This document shows, one piece after another, positions 46,122 through 56,356 of a stretch of 64,000 nt of DNA. The stretch is from Coniocarpon cinnabarinum. Lineage: Eukaryota. The position numbers were made by a program, and so were the translations under genes. The notes beneath the pieces were generated by a model. That model was not told where the DNA came from, searched no databases, and saw only the letters and a program-made list of their open reading frames with translations. Each line of letters starts with the position of its first letter. Within the stretch, counting starts at the first letter, position 1. The stretch lies in assembly GCA_051942205.1 (NCBI GenBank), contig JAVECO010000034.1, forward strand, positions 1 to 64,000. Reading direction: 5' to 3'.

Positions 46122-49100
46122 ATGCAAAACAGCCAAGTAACAGCTACGGAAGGCGCTCTTCCCAGCGAGCCTTCCTTGCACCATCACCAGGTATCGAATC
46201 AAAATCGTGATGACCCTGCGCCACGTGACGCGCGCCCTCCGCAACGTCATGACACAGTCCAATGGGTTGAAGATTCCTCAAGTCTCGGAAATGATGAAGA
46301 TCAACAAACGGTTGAAGCTGCACTCACTGAAGATGATGACCGTACATACGTGCCATCAATCTTCTCGCTGAATCCGTCACAACCAGAACAGGCTGGATTA
46401 CCCCGCATTGAAGGTGAAGAGGGCGAGAACGCAGAGCCTTCTGGCTTTCAGCGCTCAAATAGTCCCTTCAAGGTGACTAGCTCTGGAACATCCACAGTCC
46501 TTGATGGCCAAGACACCGAGACACTGCACCGCATGCACAAGTTTTCGCTATACGAAACACTTACACGCTATTTCTTGGTAGGTAGTGATGTGTTAGATCA
46601 GCGTTATCGTGTATTAAAGATCGATCGAACGGCACCACCAGGTCAGCTCTCGATCACAGAGGACGAAACGGTCTACTCCAAGAGAGAAGTGAATCAACTT
46701 CTGAATACAATCGAAAATGGCAATCGTGGAGTTGGTGGCATGCGTTACCGCGGCACATCTTGGGGCTTGCTTGGATTTATACGTTTCACAGAGGCCTACT
46801 ACATGCTTCTGATCAAGAAGAAGCTGCAAGTAGCGACGATTGGAGGTCATTACATTTTCCAAATTGAAGACACAGACTTGATCCCGCTGACGACCGGCTC
46901 ATCCTCTAACTTCCGTGGCAACAGAAATGCAGAGGAGAATCGCTTCCTCTCAATCTTGGGCAATCTCGACCTTCATCGTAATTTTTATTTCAGTTATTCA
47001 TATAATATAACAAGGACCTTGCAGCATAATATTATAAGACGCCGAGAAATGCTAGCAAATAATATAGATCCGGCAACCCAAGCAGATTTTAATGATATGT
47101 TCGTCTGGAACCATCATCTCCTCGAACCTGCACTGAAAGCACTGAAAAACCCATTTGACTGGTGCATGGCCATCATCCATGGCTTCATTGACCAAGCTGG
47201 TGAGTCATTGGTTCATTGCCAGACTGGACGTGGTTGGTTTCTGACATTTTGCAGCGATCGACGTTTTTGGGCGAAATATATACATCACAATCATTGCCCG
47301 CAGATCGCGCTTTTTCGCCGGAGCACGTTTTTTGAAGCGTGGCGCCAATGACCTTGGCTACGTTGCAAATGATGTCGAGACCGAGCAGATCGCCGCAGAC
47401 ATGTTGGTCACATCTTTTAACGCCCCACGGCTGCGTCAACTGCGGAATCCTAATTACACCTCCTACGTGCAACACCGAGGCAGTATACCACTGTACTGGA
47501 CACAGGACTCTTCCGGCGTCAGCCCGAAGCCAGCAATAGATCTCAACCTGATCGATCCATTCTACTCCACAGCTGCGCTGCATTTTGATAACCTGTTCTC
47601 ACGTTATCAAGCTCCTGTCTACGTGTTAAACCTCATCAAAGCGCGAGAGCGCACGCCCCGTGAAAGAAAGCTGCTTGTTGAGTACGAAAACGCCATCGAA
47701 TACCTCAATCAGTCGTTGCCAAGTGACAAAAAGATCCGCTATCGGGCTTACGATATGTCTCGCGCTGCAAAAACAAGAGGGCAAGACGTGATTGGCACGT
47801 TGGAGAAGATTGCGGATGATATAGTCAGGACCACTGGCTTCTTCCAGAATGATGGCCAGCCCGAAGGTGATGGTGCAGACTATGTGCAAAATGGTGTGGT
47901 GAGATCCAACTGCATCGATTGTCTGGATCGCACCAATGCAGCACAATTCGTGATTGGGAAGCGGGCTCTGGCTTGGCAGTTGCAGGCAATGGGTGTAATT
48001 GCAAGCGACACAGGTCTTAACTATGACAGCGATGCGAACAACCTCTTTGCACACATGTTCAATGACCAAGGTGACACACTGGCTTCACAGTATGGGGGCA
48101 GTCATCTCGTCAATACTACGGATAGCTATCGAAAGATCAACAACTGGCAGAGTCATTCAAGAGATATGCTAGAGTCGTTCAAACGCTACTATCATAACAG
48201 CTTTCTCGACAGTCAACGACAAGAAGCCTACAATCTGTTCTTAGGTAATTACATCTACGTTCAAGGCCAGCCAATGTTGTGGGACCTGTCTACAGACTAC
48301 CACCTCCATCATACAGATCCACGTAAGAAGCAGAAGCGCCGTGACTACATTAGCTGGTTCACTCCCAGACATCTAGAGCCTGTCAAGCTGCCAGCTGTGC
48401 CCGACCTCGAGCTGCAAAGAGTCCAAGCTTTAAGGAATGACTGGTGGGACGAATACTATCGACCAACCGCACTGACTTCTTACCACAAGCTGTTTGCTTG
48501 GGGCATGAATAGTACTGCTCGGTATCTACCGAAGCCATCCCAGAGGCCATCAGATTATGATCTCAGTCCCTTCAGTGTTCGCAAGAATCAGGACCTAGAA
48601 CGAGCTTCGTCGCGCGATGAGCTTTCCACCAAGCAGCCCTCGGAAGCTGATAATACGCTCACCACCGCTTCGTCAAACGTGCCTACACCATTGTCTGCAA
48701 CCAACCCTCCTCATGTCGGCTCAAAGCGTGTCAGTAGTCTGCAAAAGTGGCTGTATCCCAGCGCAGAGGATGACAATCCACAACACGCTTCAGTCAAAAT
48801 TGACAAATCCGAGGTTGCTGCAAAGGGTGGAAAGATTGCACCCAAATTAAATGGTCACACCCGCCACAAATCCGCGCGTTCTTCCACATTCGACGACGAT
48901 CATGAAGCTCGCATTATTGCTGGCATGAAGGAATTCAGGCCGAGCAACAAGCAGCTGATGAATCAATGGACATTGGCGCAATTCCATGCCAATTCTCTGA
49001 ATCCTAGTGTGTCTGAAAACGAAGTCGATGAGTACGGGCAATACTTGGTAAAGCCTGAGAGTCTGTACAATGGCTATGTGTCGTTCCCAAATCCAGATAC

Positions 49101-49455
49101 AGGGTTCGCGAAAGCCAAAGGTCAGTCGAAAGGGCATCAGGCCGTCAGAAGAGAAGCCTCTGAAGAAAATAAAGATGAAGTCTTTCAAAATTACATTGAT
49201 CGAAGTACGCAAGGTGAACCCGCAAGCGTGATCCTAGATGGGACACAAATGAACGCAGAGCTGAAACTCGAAGAAGAAATGGTAGATTACCTGCGAGCTC
49301 CCCAGAGCCTCAGTCTCAGTGTGACAGCTGAAGATATGGAACGCAAACGTTACCAAGCCTATGCGAAGTATATGCGTGGCAAAGCTTTCTTCAAGCAGAG
49401 CACTGTCGATCCAGAAGCAAGGATGGGTGTATCAAACGGAGAGACGAAAGCATGA
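46122..49455 (+). CDS. FIG4: PI(3,5)P2 5-phosphatase (SAC domain), 2 exons
   Basis: MHKFSLYET, WGLLGFIRFT and FYFSYSY. Intron 47200-47254, then IARRSRFFAGARFLKRGAN..G.VANDVETEQ, SYVQHRGSIPLYWTQ and catalytic RSNCIDCLDRTN. Confidence 0.96.
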
Positions 49456-49646
49456 TTGCAAAGCTTATCATTGTACAGATCTAATACCATGGCGACAGGG
49501 CTTGTTCGCTTCTTCATCGCTTGAAGCAGTTGCTGTCAAGTGCGCCCGCCCCTATACTGCGATGTGATCCGGACTCCGGTTCAGCGCGATGCCAAAAATC
49601 ATAAACACTAAGGCTCATAACACATACTCAAGACATTAACATCTCA

Positions 49647-52565
49647 TCAACCCTGCTCTGCAGTAACCTGACTGCTGTCTCCTCTCCTCACACCCAACTC
49701 CTCAACCGCCACATTCGGATGCAACGTGTACACCGTCCTGTCCTCTTCGAGCCCATTACCCTCCTCATCCGCCAGCCCCTCGCCTCTCACGATCATGAGC
49801 ACAGACTCTTTCACCATCCTCCTCAGCACCTTCCTGACTAGCGCCTGCTCCGCCTCCATCTGCTCCGTTGAGTCCAACGTCTCCTCAATCTGCTCCAAAT
49901 ACCATAACACAAGATCATTTTCCTCGACGCCCTGTCCTTCCCCTTCTTCGTCCGCGGATATCCGCTGCACCAGCATCCGCACAATGGCGTGGTACTTGTC
50001 ATATGTGATCTTGGTCTTTTCGCGCCCGAGCGCTTGATGACTTGGACTTCGTCGTTGCACGTCTTCATCCATGTCTTCGTCCATGCCGTCAGCCGCGGGT
50101 TGCTCAGCGTCGTCATCGTCTTCGACGTCGACGTCGTCCTTTTCAACGGTGATGATGCTTTGTCTCAAGAGCTTGAAGGCTTCGTCGACCATTGCTGCGC
50201 TGACATCGGTGACGCAGTTGGCTTTGGCGATGGCTTCGCTGAGGCGAACCATACTCTCTAGTTGTCTGACCGTTATGCGGTAGCTGTTCCGGCCGATACC
50301 GCCTTGAGCGTCGTCCGCCCTTAATTCTTTATATCGCGCTACCAGCGCGTCCTTGGCGGCTTGTGTGAACTTGGGCTTGAACGTGCGAGCAAATCGAATA
50401 TAGCGCTGTAATTGCTCGGTGCTGAATTCAGGTTGCACTGCCTCATCGCGCAGTTGGTGCACTCCGACGATGTGTTCAGCAAGGGCGCGGTCAGCACGTT
50501 CATTGCATTCGTCAAGGACCACGAAGAAAAGGTCGAATCTGGACATGATGGGCGCGCTCATGTTGATGTTTGCACGCAGAGTCGTCTTGCGGTTGTAGCG
50601 ACCACCAACGGGATTTGCAGCCGCAAGAATGGATGTGCGAGCGTTGAGCGTCGCTTGGATTCCGGCTTTCGCAATGGAGATGGTTTGTTGTTCCATTGCT
50701 TCGTGAATCGCGACTTGGTCGGCGATGTCCATCTTGTCGAACTCATCGATGGCGCAGATGCCGTTGTCTGCAAGCATGAGGGCGCCAGCCTCGATGGTGT
50801 GCTCGCCTGTCTCCTCATCCTTGACGACGGCAGCCGTGAGACCTGCAGCCGAGGAGGCTTTGCCAGAAGTATAGACAGCGCGAGGTAGGAAAGAGCAGAT
50901 GTATTTGAGGAACTGAGATTTCGAAGTCGAAGGATCACCAACTATGCATATGTTGACATCACCTCTCAGCGCCATGCCTTCGGGTGTGACTTTAGAGACG
51001 CCACCCATGAGTTGGAGGAGAAGGCCTTTCTTCACGACTTCGTGCCCGTATACCATGGGCGCAAGTGAGTTCACAAGGCGTGAGTAAATGTTAGGCTTGT
51101 GGACCATTTCACGGAGGTCGTCAATCTCTGCTTGATTGAGCGATTGAAGATATTCTGCCTGCGCTTCTTCACCAGATTCGTAGGGGTCCGAGTTTGTCTG
51201 ATTGAGAGATTGGAGGATATTGGTTTGACCAGAGAGATGCTGTGAAGTTGCAGAGCCTGCAGCTGTGAGATCGGGTGTAATCATACAAGCGAGGAAAGCC
51301 ATGCGGTAAGTGAGATCACGGACCCCCAGCGACTTGAGACCTGTTACGCCTGCACCGCCGGCTTCGCTGCCTTTGGGCTGGACAGACGTGTCGCGAGTTG
51401 CTTGAACGTTTTGGCCCGGGATTTTGAATTGAGAGACATCAGGCACAACAATAAGAGTGCCCGTAAAGATACATTTCTCGCCAGCCTTAGCCCGATCAAC
51501 GATCTCACCACGAACGATCACATCGAGTGTGCGTGGCATAGAACCAGTGGGTATCTCGGACGAGTTTTCTTGGACTCGAATCTTCTGCCAGTCCACGAAA
51601 GTAGATTGACGAATGTCTAGACGCCAGCGACTGGCATTGCACATCGTATTCGGACATCGAGTAGGCTCGGTGTATCGAAACGTTTGCTCAACATTGTGAA
51701 CTGCATTGTTGCACTCTTCGCAGATGAACGTGCCTTGATGTAGCTCAGGCCGAACCTCTGACGTCCTTGTCACTGTGCCGGAAATAGAAGTGAGTTGGCC
51801 AATGGATTCCGTCCGTAGATGTCGAATGCGGGTCACCATAGGCAGGTTATAGAAAGCCAGCGTGAAGAGCTTGTCGGTCTGTTGGTTTGGCGTCTTGTCG
51901 CTTGAGACACTGCCATCGCTTGTAGCATTGACTCCAACTGATGATTCGGCGCGTGCAGAGGCTGAATCAGGTTGTCGGTGCTCTCTGAAGAACCGAGGCT
52001 CGTACTTGGAAATCAAGGTGTGTAGTGCACGCACCATGTACGGTTGATATCTGTAGTATTGATCCGCAATCGCACCTGCCATGACGCCATCTTCGTAGTT
52101 GAGTAGGTGTTGAAAGTCAACGTAAAGGGTGGAAAGATTGTACTTCGCAAGCCCATGGATTTGTTCGACGTAATATTTGTCTGTAGAGGCGGTCTGAGCG
52201 GATGATAGGGGCGCTGAAGTGGATGGCTCGTCAACCCAGCTTTCCAAGAATTCTTCGAACCTGCGCGCAATGGTCTCCCCAATGTGGTCGACCACGCGCG
52301 GTATGTTCTGTCGAGCCCCAGTGAGCTGTTGACGTTTCAGAGCTTGCTGAACCGCGATTGCCTCATCGTCGAGCAATCCATCGTATTCACTCTGCGAGGC
52401 GCCGCTGGCTGAGGGTGGAGCTCGCGGGCGAGAGGACGAACGAGGGGCAGAAGATGACCGGTTGAGCCTTCGTCGCTCGGCTGCTTTCTTGCGTTGGACT
52501 TCGGAGTTTTGCGTGACATCTGAATGTAAGCCGTCGCTGGCGGCAATATCGGCGAGCGAGGACAT
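49647..52565 (-). CDS. MCM6: DNA replication licensing factor Mcm6
   Basis: Likely ATG at 52565 (MSSLADIAASD). SGTVTRTSEVRPEL, C4 zinc finger, DWQKIRVQEN..EIPTGSMPR, GDPSTSKSQ, IDEFDKM and SRFDL. Confidence 0.97.
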   Translation of the reverse strand: MSSLADIAASDGLHSDVTQNSEVQRKKAAERRRLNRSSSAPRSSSRPRAPPSASGASQSEYDGLLDDEAIAVQQALKRQQLTGARQNIPRVVDHIGETIARRFEEFLESWVDEPSTSAPLSSAQTASTDKYYVEQIHGLAKYNLSTLYVDFQHLLNYEDGVMAGAIADQYYRYQPYMVRALHTLISKYEPRFFREHRQPDSASARAESSVGVNATSDGSVSSDKTPNQQTDKLFTLAFYNLPMVTRIRHLRTESIGQLTSISGTVTRTSEVRPELHQGTFICEECNNAVHNVEQTFRYTEPTRCPNTMCNASRWRLDIRQSTFVDWQKIRVQENSSEIPTGSMPRTLDVIVRGEIVDRAKAGEKCIFTGTLIVVPDVSQFKIPGQNVQATRDTSVQPKGSEAGGAGVTGLKSLGVRDLTYRMAFLACMITPDLTAAGSATSQHLSGQTNILQSLNQTNSDPYESGEEAQAEYLQSLNQAEIDDLREMVHKPNIYSRLVNSLAPMVYGHEVVKKGLLLQLMGGVSKVTPEGMALRGDVNICIVGDPSTSKSQFLKYICSFLPRAVYTSGKASSAAGLTAAVVKDEETGEHTIEAGALMLADNGICAIDEFDKMDIADQVAIHEAMEQQTISIAKAGIQATLNARTSILAAANPVGGRYNRKTTLRANINMSAPIMSRFDLFFVVLDECNERADRALAEHIVGVHQLRDEAVQPEFSTEQLQRYIRFARTFKPKFTQAAKDALVARYKELRADDAQGGIGRNSYRITVRQLESMVRLSEAIAKANCVTDVSAAMVDEAFKLLRQSIITVEKDDVDVEDDDDAEQPAADGMDEDMDEDVQRRSPSHQALGREKTKITYDKYHAIVRMLVQRISADEEGEGQGVEENDLVLWYLEQIEETLDSTEQMEAEQALVRKVLRRMVKESVLMIVRGEGLADEEGNGLEEDRTVYTLHPNVAVEELGVRRGDSSQVTAEQG

Positions 52566-52651
52566 GGTAAGCTTTCGAGAGGTGTTAGTGCAAGGCCGTG
52601 ATATCGTCGCAAGATACGACTGTCCAGCTGGGTTTCTTTCTGAATGGGAGG

Positions 52652-52699
52652 ACGCGTTTCGTGCGCGTCGCGCTGGGGCACTATTCAAATTCGCGTTTT
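52652..52699. promoter_or_regulatory. MCB and MCB-like CGCG cluster upstream of MCM6
   Basis: ACGCGT at 52652-52657, with GCGCGTCGCG and TCGCGT nearby, ~90-135 bp upstream of the ATG. MCB boxes are typical of fungal G1/S replication genes. Confidence 0.5.
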
Positions 52700-53138
52700 A
52701 GTACTAGCGCAGATCATAGCAACGGGACCTTCCGCTTACCTAATCCGTGCCTGTTTTATCGTGGTTATGTTGCCACGTTGCATCTGAGATTTGGCGGCAC
52801 AGAGAATAACTTTGCAGAGGTGGCGGGACTAGGTGTCGTCATCAATATCGTGTGGGATGCAGGTCGCTCTGCGATTAGTCAGTGGAAGTATGATGTTTTC
52901 GTCCAAAAAAGATGAGGCGCAGCATCTACGCGGGACCCATCGGGCACTCCATACCAGCAATTTCCTCGGGAGGAGTGGCGTACGTAGTAAGTTGTCATGA
53001 GCGGAAACGTCAGACCAGAGGATAGGCGCCCAGTAAAAAGCACAAAAATCTGTACAATTTTCATCCGCCCCGCCTTGTTGAGCTCAAGACATCACTGCAA
53101 AGGTGCGAAGTGATAGAGTGCGACGTGCAACTTCAAAC

Positions 53139-53990
53139 ATGTTCTCTGAACCCGCGAAACCAGACATCGTTCTTGTGCAAGGTTCTTTCCAGAAGCCGCT
53201 TGTATACGACAAGCTCAGGCATGCTCTGGAGAACCTGTCGTACTCCTTGACACAACCGGTACTGCCATCATGCCATAATACGGAGGGGCTTGATTTTCCT
53301 AACACCAGCGTCACCGACGATGCCAACGCTGTGCGCGAAGGCGTCTACAAGCTTCTCGAACATGACAAGACTATTATCGTCGTTTGCAATTCCTATGGCG
53401 GCTTAGTCGGCAGCGAAAGCATCTTAGAGGACATGACATACACATCACGCAAGCAACATGGCAAACAAGGTGGCGTGCTTCATATGTACTTCTTTGCAAC
53501 TTTCATCCTCTCTGTCGGTCAATCCGTCCTATGCGCTTTTGGTGAGAGTCCGAACAACGATGTCAAGGTTAGTTGATGCTTCCATGGGACGTACATACAA
53601 ATTGGTCATCAACTGATTTTGATTTGTAGCCCGACGGACGCTTCATCATCAAAAACGCTAAATCGACAATGTACAACGATTATCCACCTGCTCAGGCCGA
53701 CTTCTTTGCGTCGCAATTAATCGTTCAGTCTTACAAAGTGCAGGAAACGAAGCTCACGAGAGCTGGATACATGCATGAATCCGTGTAGTTACCTCATATG
53801 CGACAACGATCAAGCTTGTCCGCCAGCGTATCAGGACATTTTTGCGAAACAAATCAACGCAGAGATCGATCACTGCCACACTGGACATTCGCCGATGCTT
53901 GCTGATCCCGATTTGCTTGCACAAAAGGTTGACGCTACGGCTAGAAAAGCCCTCCAAGCCGTTCAGCAGCGTCTTAAAAGCGATGACTAA
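53139..53990 (+). pseudogene. Alpha/beta hydrolase (Abhydrolase_6 / methylesterase-like) with a frameshift near 53771-53781
   Basis: IVLVQGSFQ, DDANAVR and nucleophile elbow CNSYGG. Intron 53568-53629, then ...ETKLTRAGY hits TAG, while SYLICDNDQA and GHSPML (catalytic Asp/His region) lie in the +1 frame. Confidence 0.7.
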
Positions 53991-55093
53991 GGAAATCGGA
54001 AATGCGCAAAGAAGTGATAATCTCAGAACCCTATGTGTTTCACAAGCCAGCGGCAACTTGTTGGTGGCCGATTGTAAATTGAGACCATAGAGATAGGTTG
54101 ATTGCACAAATGGCTGCAGTATGTTTGAGCTTGATCGCGCTCTTTGAGCATTGCTCAAATCTAATGCTCAAATTTCTACAATTCCAACACCATCATAACA
54201 AACGCTCAGTATTTAGATGACAGAGCATGCTTCCATGCATCCTGCTCGCTTCTGTCACGACGGGTGCTTGAATCGTCAACAGTAAGTCGGCATGTCGTTT
54301 TTTACTGCCTCCTGCAGAGCTATGCCAATCGACGGAGGTGGTCTAAGCCCCGGTCGACCGGTCCGACAATTCACCGACGTCAGAAAATGTTCCTGCGAAC
54401 GAAAAGGAAGATAGCTCAAGTATTTGTCGTGGTATGAAATGAAGGATACCAGGGGCTATTTCCAATTCTAGCTCATTTTCGGACTTCTGCTTGACGGGAC
54501 TTTTTGGCACGTGCCGAATTTGGTACTTACCTTGCATAGCTCTCTGTTGGACCACCCCTCTGAGAGGTTTTGAAACCCCAAACGCCCACTGACCACTCCA
54601 CAGGGAGTATCATTCAATCTCAGCCACTGATGCGTCCCACTTTAAATTTATGTTAAAGACTTTCGCGGGAGATACAAGCCCTGCTTCATGAACAAACTTG
54701 AGCAATTGTTTCAACACGCCTTGACCTTGCATTGCCCGATGCACAAAGGCTGGCGTCCAGGGCAAAAGCGCAGCAGATGTATTGACACAATTTTGTGAGG
54801 CAGGCGCAGTAATCAAACGGTGTCTTTATTACAGCATCATTTCCGAGACAACTCATAACCGACCTCTACAGTGCACCTTTTGGCTTGCGCTTCCGCCACA
54901 AATGAGCCAAACTTATTTGATTGATGGAGCGCTCTAGTCCAAGCAACCGCACCGTATATTCATCACAACATCTCGCTTCTGCCGCTCACACATATTGTTG
55001 AGACCCGCTCATTCATCGCACCCTATTACTTCCGACACTCGCACGAACTTTTAAGGCTACAATTTTTGAGAGCGAAATGTCATCGTGGTCACA

Positions 55094-55714
55094 ATGCTTG
55101 AAATTGTCAATAAAATTTCTGATGTCCGCGCCAAGGACATCAGCTCCGATAAAGACAAAGATAACGATGACACTGATAACTCGTCCAATGTCTCTTCATC
55201 AGAGTATTGGCAGGCTCTGCTTGGGGAGGGTCGGGCATCGTATCCTTTGAAGTACAAATCCTACAAAGGTCGGCAATTGGATCAGCCACAGCATTCCGCC
55301 CTCTCAAAGCGACTTTCCAACTGGTGGATGATCGAAGAAATAGCAGGATACTTAAACCGGCGAGACTGGCCCAGCTTCGCCCGCAGCTGTCGTGGCCACT
55401 ACTCGATTGCACAAGTCTTCCTATGGTCAAAGCCTGTGCTCCATATCACTGAGGCTCAACTATTCCTTACCGGTGTTTTTCGACAACCACTGGTCAGCAA
55501 TCAGGACCTCATAGCCCAGGGCGGTCCACTACAATCTGACGAACGCTCTGAGAAAGTCTCGTGTGTGACGCTGGACTTTACAAACCTTGGTCTGGAGCTT
55601 GCAGACGTGTGTGAGGACGCTGCTTCACGCATCCGCAACTTTTGTCCAAACACCTGCATCGAGGTCTTGGTTACTGAGAACAGTGGCTTGTCTCTGCGTT
55701 GGCGAGTGAATTGA
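55094..55714 (+). CDS. Hypothetical protein with F-box-like segment, possibly truncated
   Basis: LSNWWMIEEIAGYLNRRDWPSFARSCRGHYSIAQVFLW resembles a fungal F-box (I..IA.YL...D...L.R.CR..Y..A...L[WY]). Confidence 0.5.
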   Translation: MLEIVNKISDVRAKDISSDKDKDNDDTDNSSNVSSSEYWQALLGEGRASYPLKYKSYKGRQLDQPQHSALSKRLSNWWMIEEIAGYLNRRDWPSFARSCRGHYSIAQVFLWSKPVLHITEAQLFLTGVFRQPLVSNQDLIAQGGPLQSDERSEKVSCVTLDFTNLGLELADVCEDAASRIRNFCPNTCIEVLVTENSGLSLRWRVN

Positions 55715-56356
55715 TACGTCTTGAGCAGCAGGGCATACTATGAGCGGCCACTCCCAACTTGAGAGCACCGAGATTTGGCTCGATAGGTGGACGAAGTGCC
55801 TGAAGGCCCGAGCCCAAGGACGGAAGATTTCGACTCAATCGATCGGCGATGCATCTTGAAATTGGTCACGAATACGAGAGATCTCTATCTGCAATTTGGG
55901 AAAGTTCGTTAACTCTGGAAATGTTGAAGTGTCTCAGTCTTAGATAGTGTGTAGAATCGGAGTTTGAACAAGACCTTCGGATTGTTGGGATGTCAGAGAT
56001 CTCATGCATAGTTTTACGCGGTATTTTCAACTAATGCGGATCGTTTGAGGGGGGAGATAGCCTCTGTACGCGCGAGAATACAGACGCTTCGGTAGAGGAT
56101 TTTCTTGTATGATCTTCATCACGTGCCAGCCTGAAACAGCAGGTAGGCACACTAGCGTCCGGTGTTTGTTCATCACATGCGGGCACGAAGCTACCTACGT
56201 CTTTCCAAACATCTCTCGCTTGCACTGCTTTCCCAGAGCCACTTCTACCATGCTGTGAGGCGCAAGCCGAAGCGCCATGTTCACCCCTGTCTTTCAAGGT
56301 CGTCAAGCTCCTCTGAACACCGTTGCCCGCTTCGGAACAGCTACAAAACATCCGCA

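Noticed and set aside
40711..52565. Clustering of SYF1, VMA8, U1A/U2B'', FIG4 and MCM6 as a functional gene cluster
   Set aside because: These are ordinary tightly packed housekeeping genes. Two splicing and two vacuolar genes side by side is not sufficient evidence of a system.
52566..52688. 41-codon N-terminal extension of MCM6 in the ORF track
   Set aside because: It starts at a non-ATG codon and overlaps the MCB-containing promoter. The ATG at 52565 is the plausible start.
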